Positions 45,775 through 55,461 of a DNA stretch of 64,000 nucleotides are shown here, piece after piece. Origin of the DNA: Nitrospirota bacterium (GTDB taxonomy: Bacteria; Nitrospirota; UBA9217); the NCBI GenBank assembly GCA_963737155.1, contig CAVTRN010000002.1, forward strand, positions 1,568,001 through 1,632,000, in the 5' to 3' direction. Each line of letters begins with the position of its first letter. The stretch's first letter is position 1. Both the position numbers and the translations under genes were made by a program. Below the pieces are notes generated by a model that ran no database searches, was not told the origin of the DNA, and worked only from the letters and a program-made list of their open reading frames with translations.

Positions 45775-47426
45775 CATCGAGCGTAACACCCAAGACGCAC
45801 CCACTGAGGGAGCGGCCGTCATGGAAACGTCTTGAAGAGCATTATCAGGAGGTTCGCACTGTGCATCTGCGGTCCCTTTTCGCCCGCGATCCGCAACGCG
45901 GCGAGCGCCTTGTGGCGGAAGGCGCCGGAATGTATCTCGATTTTTCGAAGAATCGCATCACCGATGAGACGATCCAGCTGCTTGTCAAGCTTGCCGAGGA
46001 ATGCGGCCTCCGAGAGAACATCGATGCCATGTTCCACGGCAAAAAAATCAATATCACGGAGAATCGAGCTGTTCTTCACATAGCATTGCGGGCGCCCAAG
46101 AGCGAACATATTATAGTCGATGGCATAGATGTTGTGCCAGAGGTACATGCTGTTCTCGACAGGATGGCCGCATTCTCAGATCAGGTTCGCAGCGGCCAGT
46201 GGCGTGGGTACAGTGGAAAGCCCATCAGGAACATTATTAACATTGGCATCGGAGGGTCCGATCTTGGGCCTGTCATGGCTTACGAGGCGCTCAAGCACTA
46301 CAGCAAGCGGGATATGACCTTCCGTTTCATTTCGAACGTGGATGGGACGGATTTTGAGGAGGCTACGCGCGATCTCAACCAGGAGGAGACGCTGTTCATC
46401 ATTTCTTCGAAGACCTTCACGACCCTCGAGACGATGACCAATGCCCATACCGCGCGCGCGTGGTCGCTGAAAGCGCTGCATTCCGAAAAGTCCGTAGCCC
46501 GACACTTCGTTGCCGTCTCGACGAACGTAGAAGAGGTAGCGAAGTTCGGCATCGACACGGAGAACATGTTCGGTTTCTGGGACTGGGTTGGCGGCCGCTA
46601 CTCGATGGACTCCGCCATCGGCCTTTCGACCATGATTGCCGTCGGACCTGAGAATTTCCATGCGATGCTCGCCGGTTTCCATTCGATGGACGAGCACTTC
46701 CGCACTGCTCCGTTCGATAGGAACCTGCCGGCGCTCATGGGGCTCCTGTTGGTATGGTACAACAACTTCTTCGGCGCGCAGACAGTGGCCGTCTTGCCTT
46801 ACGACCAGTACCTCAAACGCTTTCCCGCCTATCTTCAGCAGTTGACCATGGAGAGCAATGGAAAGCATGTTACGCTTGACGGCGTGCGTATAAATTACGA
46901 GGCCGGACCTATTTTCTGGGGCGAACCGGGCACCAACGGCCAGCATTCGTTCTACCAGCTTATCCACCAAGGGACCAAACTAATTCCCTGCGATTTTATC
47001 GGGTTCTGTAAGACATTGAACCCATTGGGCCGTCATCATGATCTGCTTATTGCAAACGTCTTCGCGCAGACAGAAGCATTGGCTTTCGGCAAGACAGAGG
47101 ATGAAGTTAAGGCAGAGGGGATATCGGACTGGCTCGTACCGCACCGAACCTTTGAGGGTAACCGCCCATCGAACACGATCCTGGGCGAAGAGCTGACTCC
47201 GCAAACGCTCGGCAAGTTAGTGGCCCTTTATGAGCACAGTGTTTTCACTCAAGGGACGATCTGGCACATTGATTCATTCGACCAGTGGGGAGTCGAGCTG
47301 GGAAAGGTGCTTGCAACGCGGATCATTCCTGAACTGGAAAGCGGCAACGAGCCGCAGCTCAAGCACGACAGTTCAACCAACGCGCTCATTCGGCGCTACC
47401 GCCGGCTCAAGAAAGATCGCCTATGA
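45771..47426 (+). CDS. pgi: glucose-6-phosphate isomerase
   Basis: [46 protein letters not shown]; ATGA overlap with tal. Confidence 0.95.
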   Translation: MTSSVTPKTHPLRERPSWKRLEEHYQEVRTVHLRSLFARDPQRGERLVAEGAGMYLDFSKNRITDETIQLLVKLAEECGLRENIDAMFHGKKINITENRAVLHIALRAPKSEHIIVDGIDVVPEVHAVLDRMAAFSDQVRSGQWRGYSGKPIRNIINIGIGGSDLGPVMAYEALKHYSKRDMTFRFISNVDGTDFEEATRDLNQEETLFIISSKTFTTLETMTNAHTARAWSLKALHSEKSVARHFVAVSTNVEEVAKFGIDTENMFGFWDWVGGRYSMDSAIGLSTMIAVGPENFHAMLAGFHSMDEHFRTAPFDRNLPALMGLLLVWYNNFFGAQTVAVLPYDQYLKRFPAYLQQLTMESNGKHVTLDGVRINYEAGPIFWGEPGTNGQHSFYQLIHQGTKLIPCDFIGFCKTLNPLGRHHDLLIANVFAQTEALAFGKTEDEVKAEGISDWLVPHRTFEGNRPSNTILGEELTPQTLGKLVALYEHSVFTQGTIWHIDSFDQWGVELGKVLATRIIPELESGNEPQLKHDSSTNALIRRYRRLKKDRL

Positions 47427-47532
47427 ACGTTGACCACGAGTTAGCACCGCCATCTTGCCAGGCCAACTCCGCCTTGATCTTAATTGCCACCAGTTGCCTG
47501 CCAACGAGCGTTGTCCATGTTGGGAGGGACCT

Positions 47533-48033
47533 ATGATTGATCCGGCGACAGCATTCCCAGGAACGCGCAAACGCATCGGGATCGCCGCCGATCATGGAGG
47601 ATTCGAATTAAAGGAGCAGTTGGCGAAAATATTGCGCGAGACCGGTTACGAAGCCGTTGACTTTGGCGCTCGCCAGCTAAAGCCGGACGACGACTATCCC
47701 GATTTTGTTGTGCCCCTGGCCCGAGCTATCGCGAGTGGGGAGGTCATTCGCGGTGTGGCCATTTGCGGCAGCGGCGTGGGGGCCTGCATAGTCGCCAATA
47801 AGGTGCCGGGCGTGCGGGCATGTTTGATTCATGAGACGTTTTCCGCCCGGCAAGGCGTGGAAGACGACGATATGAACATGATTTCTCTTGGCGGGCGCGT
47901 GGTCGGACTAAAATTCGCTTGGGACCTGGTTAAAACATTTCTCGATGCGCAATTCAGCGGAGCCGTGCGACATCGCCGACGTCTAGCCAAGATCGCGGGG
48001 TTGGAAAATGAGAAAATAGGAACCCGTCAATGA
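47533..48033 (+). CDS. rpiB: ribose-5-phosphate isomerase B
   Basis: IAADHGGFELK, DYPD, CGSGVG, ANKVPGVRA, RHRRRL. Confidence 0.92.
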   Translation: MIDPATAFPGTRKRIGIAADHGGFELKEQLAKILRETGYEAVDFGARQLKPDDDYPDFVVPLARAIASGEVIRGVAICGSGVGACIVANKVPGVRACLIHETFSARQGVEDDDMNMISLGGRVVGLKFAWDLVKTFLDAQFSGAVRHRRRLAKIAGLENEKIGTRQ

Positions 48034-48283
48034 ACGCCTGTGGCCACAAAATCCTCAGATGGCATCAAAGAAAAAGTTCTGGCTCGTTGACCAATCTAGC
48101 CGGGGTACAAAATCACGGGTCGGTGCCGTATCCATTTGGACGATTTTGTCAAAGTATAGCCCGCACTCGATACGGCCGTAAAAGCGACCTTGGAATCGCA
48201 ACGATTACTGAAAGTAAAGTTTGCTAGCCTGGAAATGCAGCGAATGTGATGACAATATCAAAATAGTTTCTGAGGATATGACC

Positions 48284-49639
48284 ATGAAAACCAGTCCATT
48301 GGCGGGCAAACTCGCAGAGCCATCGATACTGGCCAGCGTGCCCAAGCTTGTCACGGCCTACTACAATGAAGTGCCCGTTCTCGAGGTCGCTGGGTACCAC
48401 GTCGTGTTTGGCACCTCAGGGCATCGCGGTTCTTCCTTCGAAAAAACTTTCAACGAGTGGCACATCCTTGACATCGATCAGGCCATTTGTCTGTACCGCA
48501 AACAGAATAAGATAGATGCCCCCCTCTTCCTCGAAATAGACACGCACGCGCTCTCCATCCCGGCATTTTCCAGCGCACTTGAGGTCCTGGCGGCCAACAA
48601 AATGGATGTCATGATAGCGGAAGGGGATGAATATACGCCGACCCAGGTAGTCTCCCACGCGATTCGCACTTACAATCATGGTCGCAGGACAGGACTTGCC
48701 GGCGGCATCGTGATCACCTCCTCGCATAACCCGCCCGACAACGGCGGCTTTAAATACAACCCTCCGAACGGCGGGCCCGCTGAACCTCAGGTTACGAGTT
48801 AGATCGAGGCGAAGGCGAATGAGTTAATGAAGGACAGTCTGACGGGTGTGAAAAGGATTCCTTTCGAGAAAGCGCTTCGCGCAGACACAACACACCGTTA
48901 TGACTACCTCAATGCTTATGTAAACAATCTGGGTAATGTGATCGACATGGAGGCCATTCGCGACGCGAAGATTAGCATGGGCGTAGACTCGCTCGGCGGA
49001 GCCGGAGTTCACTACTGGGGACCCATTACCGAGCGTTACGGCTTGAATCTCACGGTCGTTAATAACACCATCGATCCGACGTTTCGTTTCATGACGACTG
49101 ATTGGGACGGCAAGATCCGAATGGATCCCTCCTCACCCTATGCGATGCAGCGATTGATTGGCCTGAAGGACCGTTTCGACATCGCCTTCGCCAGCGACAC
49201 CGATGTCGATAGGCACGGGATCGTCACCAGGAGTACGGGTCTGCTTCCGTCCAGCGCGGATGGGGCGCGACCCCGGTGAGATCTACCGTGAGTTCACCAG
49301 CAAATTCGGCGAGTCTGTCTAAGACCGGGTCGAGGCACCGTCCACTCCGGAGCAAAACCTGTTGTCGAAACTCTCACCCAAACAGGTTAAGCTCGCCGAA
49401 CTGGCGGGCGAGAAGATCCAGTCTGTTCTCTCCCACGCGCCGGGCAAAGACGCTTCCATCGGCGGGTTGAAGGTACTAGCCGAAAGCGGATGGTTCGTGG
49501 CGCGTCCTTCAGGGACCGAGAGTATTTAAAAGATCTATGCAGAAAGCTTTCGAGGAATCGATCATCTGCGCCGTATCCTGGCGGAAGCGCAGACGATCGT
49601 CAACGATGCATTAGCCGCGGCGCCACAGCTGCAAAATAA
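48284..49639 (+). pseudogene. pgm: phosphoglucomutase pseudogene
   Basis: FGTSGHRG, TSSHNPP, DTDVDRHG, ARPSGTE motifs; TAG at 48800, a large internal deletion near 49260 and further stops. Confidence 0.9.
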
Positions 49640-49660
49640 AAAACATTTGGAGGGAAAACC

Positions 49661-50176
49661 ATGAAAAAGCAAAAAGGGACAGCCACAAATTTAGAAACCT
49701 TGATGGACATGCTGGCAAACAAGGACGGCGTGATCCGACAGAAAGCACGGGAAGCGTTGGTAGCTTTGGGCAAGCCCGCCGTATCTTCCCTCACCCAAGC
49801 GTTGCAGAATTCCAAACTGGATCAAGTTCGCTGGGAAGCAGCCAAAGCGCTCGGAAGTATCAGCGATACCCGATCAATGCCATCGTTGGTGAAAGCACTC
49901 GAAGATGGCAACCCCGACGTGGCATGGGCGGCTGCAGACGCATTGAAAACTTTCCAAAAGGGCGCCTGGCCACCATTATTACAGGCGTTGATCAAAGGTG
50001 AGTCGGATTCCGTAGGATTGCGCAAGGGGGTGCACCGTGTTTTGGTGGGCCAGAAAGAGGATGGTTTCAACGATCTTCTTGCAAAACTCCTACAGGCTTT
50101 AGAATCCAGCTCCGCTCCGGAATCGTCGGCAGTTGCTGCCCATGAAATTCTTAAAAGAATGAAGGCAAATGCATGA
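49661..50176 (+). CDS. HEAT/PBS-lyase repeat protein
   Basis: RQKAREALVALG, VRWEAAKALG, VAWAAADAL repeats; RBS GGAGG. Confidence 0.8.
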   Translation: MKKQKGTATNLETLMDMLANKDGVIRQKAREALVALGKPAVSSLTQALQNSKLDQVRWEAAKALGSISDTRSMPSLVKALEDGNPDVAWAAADALKTFQKGAWPPLLQALIKGESDSVGLRKGVHRVLVGQKEDGFNDLLAKLLQALESSSAPESSAVAAHEILKRMKANA

Positions 50177-50239
50177 ACACTAATTCACGCGCCAGCAGCA
50201 GCCAGGGATTTCATTCAAACCAAAATTGAAGGAAAAACT

Positions 50240-50404
50240 ATGAACAATAAAAAAAGAGTGAGCGGTCCGATCTACGCTTTATTCCCCGCCGAAGTCGAGG
50301 GATTCGATTCCCTTGCCGAGTTGGCGCTGGACATGTACTGGTATTGGAATCATTCTGCCGACGAACTATGGAAACAGCTTGATCCCGCACTGTGGGAACT
50401 CACC
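50240..50404 (+). pseudogene. glgP: alpha-glucan (glycogen) phosphorylase N-terminal fragment
   Basis: LAELALDMYWYWNH..DELWKQLDPALWELT, then abrupt switch to AT-rich DNA. Confidence 0.8.
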
Positions 50405-50544
50405 TATCTATTCGTTCCTCTATGTCGGATATTAAAAGTAAGTAGTTTTATGTGATATCTTTCTTGGTGTTAGTCGAAAGTGGGGCGAGTATAGGACAGG
50501 CTAGAAAGATTTTCAAGGAGCGTGAAAATTTCTAATCATTTTCA

Positions 50545-50586
50545 AATACAGTCAAAAGCAGTAAAACAGCATAAAAAGTATCCAGC
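50545..50586 (+). repeat. 42-bp direct repeat, copy 1
   Basis: AATACAGTCAAAAGCAGTAAAACAGCATAAAAAGTATCCAGC; 41/42 identical to 51753-51794. Confidence 0.92.
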
Positions 50587-50640
50587 AAAAATACGGCTTA
50601 ACAGACGGTTAAAAAGAAACTAAAAAAAGGGATAAGGATT

Positions 50641-51738
50641 ATGATTAATAAATGCTTTTCCCGTACTATTATTTATTTACTATTTATCATGGTTGCATTG
50701 ATTCGCATAGTCGCTGCAGGAGATGAACCACCATTGAAGGCATCTGAACAATGGAGAAAAGATTTGGAACGACTGGTTATACTCTCCAGAATTGTTGCTG
50801 ATAAACCTTCTTTGCTAAGTCAAAAGCCTTCAACTCAACAAATTCCTGACTTAGCGGCCGAACCCTTTTGTTGTTTATCGCCTGATTTGAGTGAATGCTT
50901 ATTATCCCAAATATCTATTGTGCTCTTGCAAATAACAACAGATACTACAAATATATTCGGTGCAACACAAGGAGCAGCGGTTAAAATAACCTTTGGTAGG
51001 GCAACAGATGTATGGACTGAAAAAGACATTTCAAATAATTGGGATACCCTGCAGAAATGGACAAATGTATTGGGTCCAGCGGCCGTAGTTGTAGGCGCAT
51101 TACTGATATCTCAGCATAGAGAAGGCAGTGCTTATCGTTTGGGAGAAGAGATTGTTGGAAGCGGCGCTGCATTGATAATAGTAGGTGATTTGGGTACGTT
51201 AGGCCAACTGTTTGGTGGCGTCAGTTCTAAACAGAGAGCAAAGGCTGCAATAAGAACGATTAATACATTGCAAGATATTGAAACGTCAAGGCAAACATAC
51301 GAAGACTCGCAACTTATTTATGGTTTTTTAGATAATTATAGTAATAAATCTAAAAAGCTTTTAAATACAATATTATCTTTATCAAACGATGCTAAAGCCT
51401 TAAGTAGTGTAGCTCCTTCTCCCGATAAATCGAAGAGGATTGTGGAGCTATGTGATAAAACGAGAGAGGTAGTAAGTGACTTTAAAGAGACTGCCGGCTT
51501 TACAGAAGATTATGCAAATCAACTACTGATTCTTTATAAAAAATACCATGACGAAGTTTCTTCACCTGAAGATAAGTCAAAAATTGAGGATGCACTGCAA
51601 AGCGTGAATAATTTTAATGCTAAATATGATGAGGTAATTGTTCCTTATTTGCAAAGCGTACCTGAAGTAATTGAAGCAATGCAAAATATAAAGGCAGCTT
51701 TCATCGCAAACAGCATTGCTGATAAACATTACTTCTAA
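50641..51738 (+). CDS. AT-rich hypothetical secreted alpha-helical protein
   Basis: 365-aa ORF with signal peptide, two central Gly/Ala-rich hydrophobic segments and long amphipathic helices. Confidence 0.8.
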   Translation: MINKCFSRTIIYLLFIMVALIRIVAAGDEPPLKASEQWRKDLERLVILSRIVADKPSLLSQKPSTQQIPDLAAEPFCCLSPDLSECLLSQISIVLLQITTDTTNIFGATQGAAVKITFGRATDVWTEKDISNNWDTLQKWTNVLGPAAVVVGALLISQHREGSAYRLGEEIVGSGAALIIVGDLGTLGQLFGGVSSKQRAKAAIRTINTLQDIETSRQTYEDSQLIYGFLDNYSNKSKKLLNTILSLSNDAKALSSVAPSPDKSKRIVELCDKTREVVSDFKETAGFTEDYANQLLILYKKYHDEVSSPEDKSKIEDALQSVNNFNAKYDEVIVPYLQSVPEVIEAMQNIKAAFIANSIADKHYF

Positions 51739-51752
51739 CCGTTTTCTAACGT

Positions 51753-51794
51753 AATACTGTCAAAAGCAGTAAAACAGCATAAAAAGTATCCAGC
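51753..51794 (+). repeat. 42-bp direct repeat, copy 2
   Basis: AATACTGTCAAAAGCAGTAAAACAGCATAAAAAGTATCCAGC. Confidence 0.92.
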
Positions 51795-51959
51795 TATAAA
51801 ATCACTTAACAAAGCGTTTTCTGAATGTTATTTTACATTGTTTGACGATGATATGCGGATTTGATCAACTCACTGACTGAAGGTCAAAGAATACATTAAC
51901 GAGGGGTTACGGAGAACATCCGTAGCCCTTTATTTTTTTCATGTTGTCGTGCGGAAAGT

Positions 51960-52697
51960 TGGGCGAGTCGTTCAGCGCATTCGTATTGTCGGGGCGCTAA
52001 CGAATCTGGGGTATACGGTTAGTGATCAGACGGTGGGAAACATCTTAAAACGGCACGACCTGGCGTCCGCCCCGGAGCGGAAGAAGACGACAACTTGGAA
52101 AGGGGTTTATCCGCACCCATTGGGACTTACTTCCGGCAACTGATTATTTCACCGCGGAAGTGTGGACCGCTTGCGGCTTGACAACCTATTACATCCTCTT
52201 TTTCATCCGGCTCAGTACGAGAGAAACCCATGTGGCTGGTATATCACCACACCCAAATCAAGGCTGGATGACACAGATTGCCCGGAATATTACTGTGGAT
52301 GGGGCTTTCTCGCTCCAGGACAATCGTTGATCCACGACCGGAATGGGAAGTTTTGCGTATCCTTTCAGAAGACACTTGAAGGAGGAGGAGTCAGAAGCAT
52401 CACCCTTCCTCCCCGTAGCCCGAATTTAAATGCTTACGTGGAAAGATGGGTAAAATCGGTCAAGGAGGGGTGTTTGTCAAACGTAATTCTCTTCGAAGAA
52501 AGAGCTCTTCGGCGCGCGATAGCAGAGTATGTCGAGCACTACTATCAGGAGCGCAACCACCAGGGAAGAGGCAATGTATTGTTTTTCCTTCTCCACGATC
52601 GGGACAAAAGCACGATCATCCTATTCAATGTCGAGAGAGGCTCGGTGGGCTGCTTAAATATTACGACCAGAAGGCCGCATGAGTTTTTTACCATACG
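51960..52697 (+). mobile_element. degraded rve/integrase-core transposase (IS481/IS3-like) with right end
   Basis: RIVGALTNLG..VSDQTVGNIL, LIHDRNGKF, PPRSPNLNAYVERWVKSVK, HYYQERNHQG; several frameshifts. Confidence 0.8.
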
Positions 52698-52764
52698 GGC
52701 ACCTCTTGATAATAAAGCTAAAAAATGCTATTATTATTGCAATTGTTGAGAAAGGAGATAACTC

Positions 52765-52986
52765 ATGAGAGTTAAAGACCTTCGCGAAATCTCTACCCTG
52801 AGCACACCTGAGAAGATCTTGTTGGTCGAAGATCTTTGGGACAACATCTCTTCGGACGAATCTTCCGTTATTGTGCCGGAGAGTCACAAGGGCGAACTGG
52901 ATAAACGGTTCAAGCAGTATCAATCTGCGCCTGGCACCCTCCTGTCTCTTGATGACCTTAGAGCAAGAATAGAAAACAGAAAATGA
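52765..52986 (+). CDS. addiction module antitoxin component (TIGR02574-like)
   Basis: LSTPEKILLVEDLWDNI...HKGELDKR; RBS AAGGAG; overlaps the toxin start. Confidence 0.85.
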   Translation: MRVKDLREISTLSTPEKILLVEDLWDNISSDESSVIVPESHKGELDKRFKQYQSAPGTLLSLDDLRARIENRK

Positions 52987-53294
52987 AGTATAGTCTTAGT
53001 TTTCTGCCTGAAGTCGAGGATGATGTTATCAGCGGCTTTTCGTGGTATGAAGCGAAATCGCCGGGACTTGGCGAAGAGTTTCTTCGAATGTTTTATGCGT
53101 GCGCCAGTGATATTCCCCGTAACCCCTTCCTTTACCAAAAAATTCATAACGATTTCAGACGTTGTTTGCTCAGGCGCTTTCCTTACGCCATCTATTTCAT
53201 AATTAACAACGATCATATTATCATAACTGGCCTATTCCACTGTGCGCGTGATCCCTGCGCTGTTGAATCAAAGATGCGGATTCGAAAAGAGTGA
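52983..53294 (+). CDS. RelE/ParE-family toxin
   Basis: WYEAKSPGLGEEF, RRCLLRRFPYAIYF, LFHCARDP. Confidence 0.88.
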   Translation: MKYSLSFLPEVEDDVISGFSWYEAKSPGLGEEFLRMFYACASDIPRNPFLYQKIHNDFRRCLLRRFPYAIYFIINNDHIIITGLFHCARDPCAVESKMRIRKE

Positions 53295-53694
53295 ATCAAG
53301 AACAAATCGCTTACAACGATTGCTTCGCGGCGAGTGCAATATTGCTGGTATCGAAATTAGCACTATGTTTTAGGCAGAATTCACATTAGCGGATTATCAA
53401 GTTTCAGGATGAATTTTTGTAAAATTCACTGTTTAACAAGCTTTATTAGCACTATAGTTTTGTTTTATTTGGATTCATTGTTGCCCATACGGAATCAGGC
53501 GGATTTATGTCGGTCCAAGCGGACGGAATGCAGTGATAATCGCTCATTTTGTCATTGAAGCTTACCCGGTATTCTCCCCAGTTCAGCTTATGGACGATGA
53601 GGGTATATTCTCTATTTATCAGAGGATGTAAGGGATGGGTAATACGGATAGTTTGTTCTTATCGCTTGGATTAGGTACAGTAGAAAACCCATGA

Positions 53695-53965
53695 GAATGT
53701 TTATGCCGAAAGATGTGTAAGATCTGTCAAGGAAGAGTGCCTGTCAAACGTAATTCTCTTTGGAGAAAGAGCTCTTCGGCGCGCGATAGCAGAGTATATC
53801 GAGCACTACCATCAGGAGCGCAATCACCAGGGAAGAGGCAATGTATTGCTTTTCCCTTCTCCACGATCGGGACAAAAGCACGATTATCCTATTCAATGTC
53901 GAGAAAGGCTTGGTGGGCTACTTAAATATTACTACTAGAGGCCGCATGAGTTTTTTTACCATACG
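53695..53965 (+). mobile_element. second copy of the rve-transposase 3' end
   Basis: Highly similar to 52430-52697, same orientation, both ending TTTTTACCATACG. Confidence 0.85.
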
Positions 53966-54107
53966 ACGTTGTTTCCTACTGTGCTTTATTTTAAAAACAA
54001 TAGGGAACCTTCGACCTGTGCTGTAGACAGGTTACGTGTTTCAGTAAATCAAACTCAGAAACGATGTCCCCGTTTTTCCATCCTCATTCAGACGGCGAAA
54101 ACCCCTG

Positions 54108-54521
54108 TTAGGGACAATCTCCAATCTTCTTCCCCTTCATGTTCATTGCAGAATGGCTCTTGTTCGCATCTAACTGCATAGTCATGACAGACTCGTAGGA
54201 GTCCCCCGAAAACACGGTTTCGCCGCTGAACATGCCAGCATTCTTGCCAGTGCATTTCGTCTTCCAACTCACCTTGTTGCCGGACTTCTTGAAATCGATT
54301 ATGGTACAGTTCTTGTCTCTGTTGATCATATTCTTTTGATCTTTGACTTCTTCTTTCGTGTAGCAGTGTTTGATTGTAGTCGGGGGCATCTCCATTGGCA
54401 TGCCCGGCATTTCCATTTTAGTTGTAATCTCCCACATTCCCTCCCGGATGCCATCGGCAGCCAGAATCGTAGTAGGCAGAGAAACCAAGACGAAAACTGC
54501 AAACATATGTTTCAATTTCAT
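54108..54521 (-). CDS. DUF3617-like exported protein
   Basis: Signal peptide, GMWEITTKMEMPGMP, four Cys, terminal GKKIGDCP; RBS GGAGG. Confidence 0.8.
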   Translation of the reverse strand: MKLKHMFAVFVLVSLPTTILAADGIREGMWEITTKMEMPGMPMEMPPTTIKHCYTKEEVKDQKNMINRDKNCTIIDFKKSGNKVSWKTKCTGKNAGMFSGETVFSGDSYESVMTMQLDANKSHSAMNMKGKKIGDCP

Positions 54522-54796
54522 AATTACTACCCTCCTTTTGTCTGTGATCAATTTTGATAGTTTACGGCTCCCCAGCCCTAACAAATGACCACATAAAGCA
54601 GTTGTGATTGCAATTCTCAGTTGTTTTCTATTATATCTAACCAGTTATCAGATAAAGAGGCAACTGCCTTGATAATCACGAATAAACGATACTCTGCCGG
54701 TAATTGATGTAAAGCCGGAGCAAATGCCGCAGGTGAAGCCCGTCGTATGATTTTTTTGTGTTATATCGTTGAAGTTCTAAAAATGGAATGCTTGCG

Positions 54797-54818
54797 ACCG
54801 TTACAAAAACCGTTACAA
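54797..54818. repeat. tandem ACCGTTACAA decamers, integrase arm-site-like
   Basis: Exact 10-bp direct repeat about 80 bp from the tRNA-Sec break point. Confidence 0.5.
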
Positions 54819-54899
54819 TTTTGGTTTTTGAGGGGAAAAGTCAAAAGTTAAGTATATGATAATTTATGTTAATATTGCAATTTTTAAGATTTTAAACAG

Positions 54900-54943
54900 C
54901 GGATTTGAAGTCCGGGACGGGCACCAGCTCCGTAACCTCTCCC
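54900..54943 (-). tRNA. selC: tRNA-Sec (UCA) 5' half only
   Basis: Minus strand GGGAGAGG-TT-ACGGAGC-TGGT-GCCCGT-CCCGGA-CTTCAAA-TCCG: long D stem with 4-nt loop and UCA anticodon; no variable arm, T arm or 3' acceptor strand. Confidence 0.75.
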
Positions 54944-55461
54944 TTGTTTATTGCGTATTGCCAAACTATTAAGTAAAAACTATCAGGACACCGAGAACAT
55001 GAATAACTGCAACAGCAATGTGTACCGCACCTGGTGTCCTTCACAAGAAATTGCTCACGCGGCTGCTGTAAGCTGAAGTTAATCGTATGTTTCTGAGTGC
55101 TTTTAAAGCCAAGAATTTCCGATCTACATGATATTCATTCACAGCCTCCATGCACATATGTATTAACATAATTTCGTGTCCAAGAAAACCGGGGCCGCTA
55201 TAAGCATAAGTCTGCTTGACCGGCTCAGAGTTTTTAACAGATAATTTATACACATTATACCATAATCGCCTATGCATAATTTATCGCTTTGTGTTCTCGG
55301 TTATGCTCCAGTTTTGCAGGGATACATAATGATACTTACTAAATTATTTCATTTTTGACGGCATCAACGCTTACATCACAATTATCACAATAGACAGATG
55401 TATTAGGAAATCTAGTAGACAAGTCATCATTACAATAATAAAACTATGCTAGAATAGAGCC

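Noticed and set aside
52740-53345. TA pair as an integron cassette with attC
   Set aside because: No complementary RYYYAAC/GTTRRRY pair or convincing attC hairpin.
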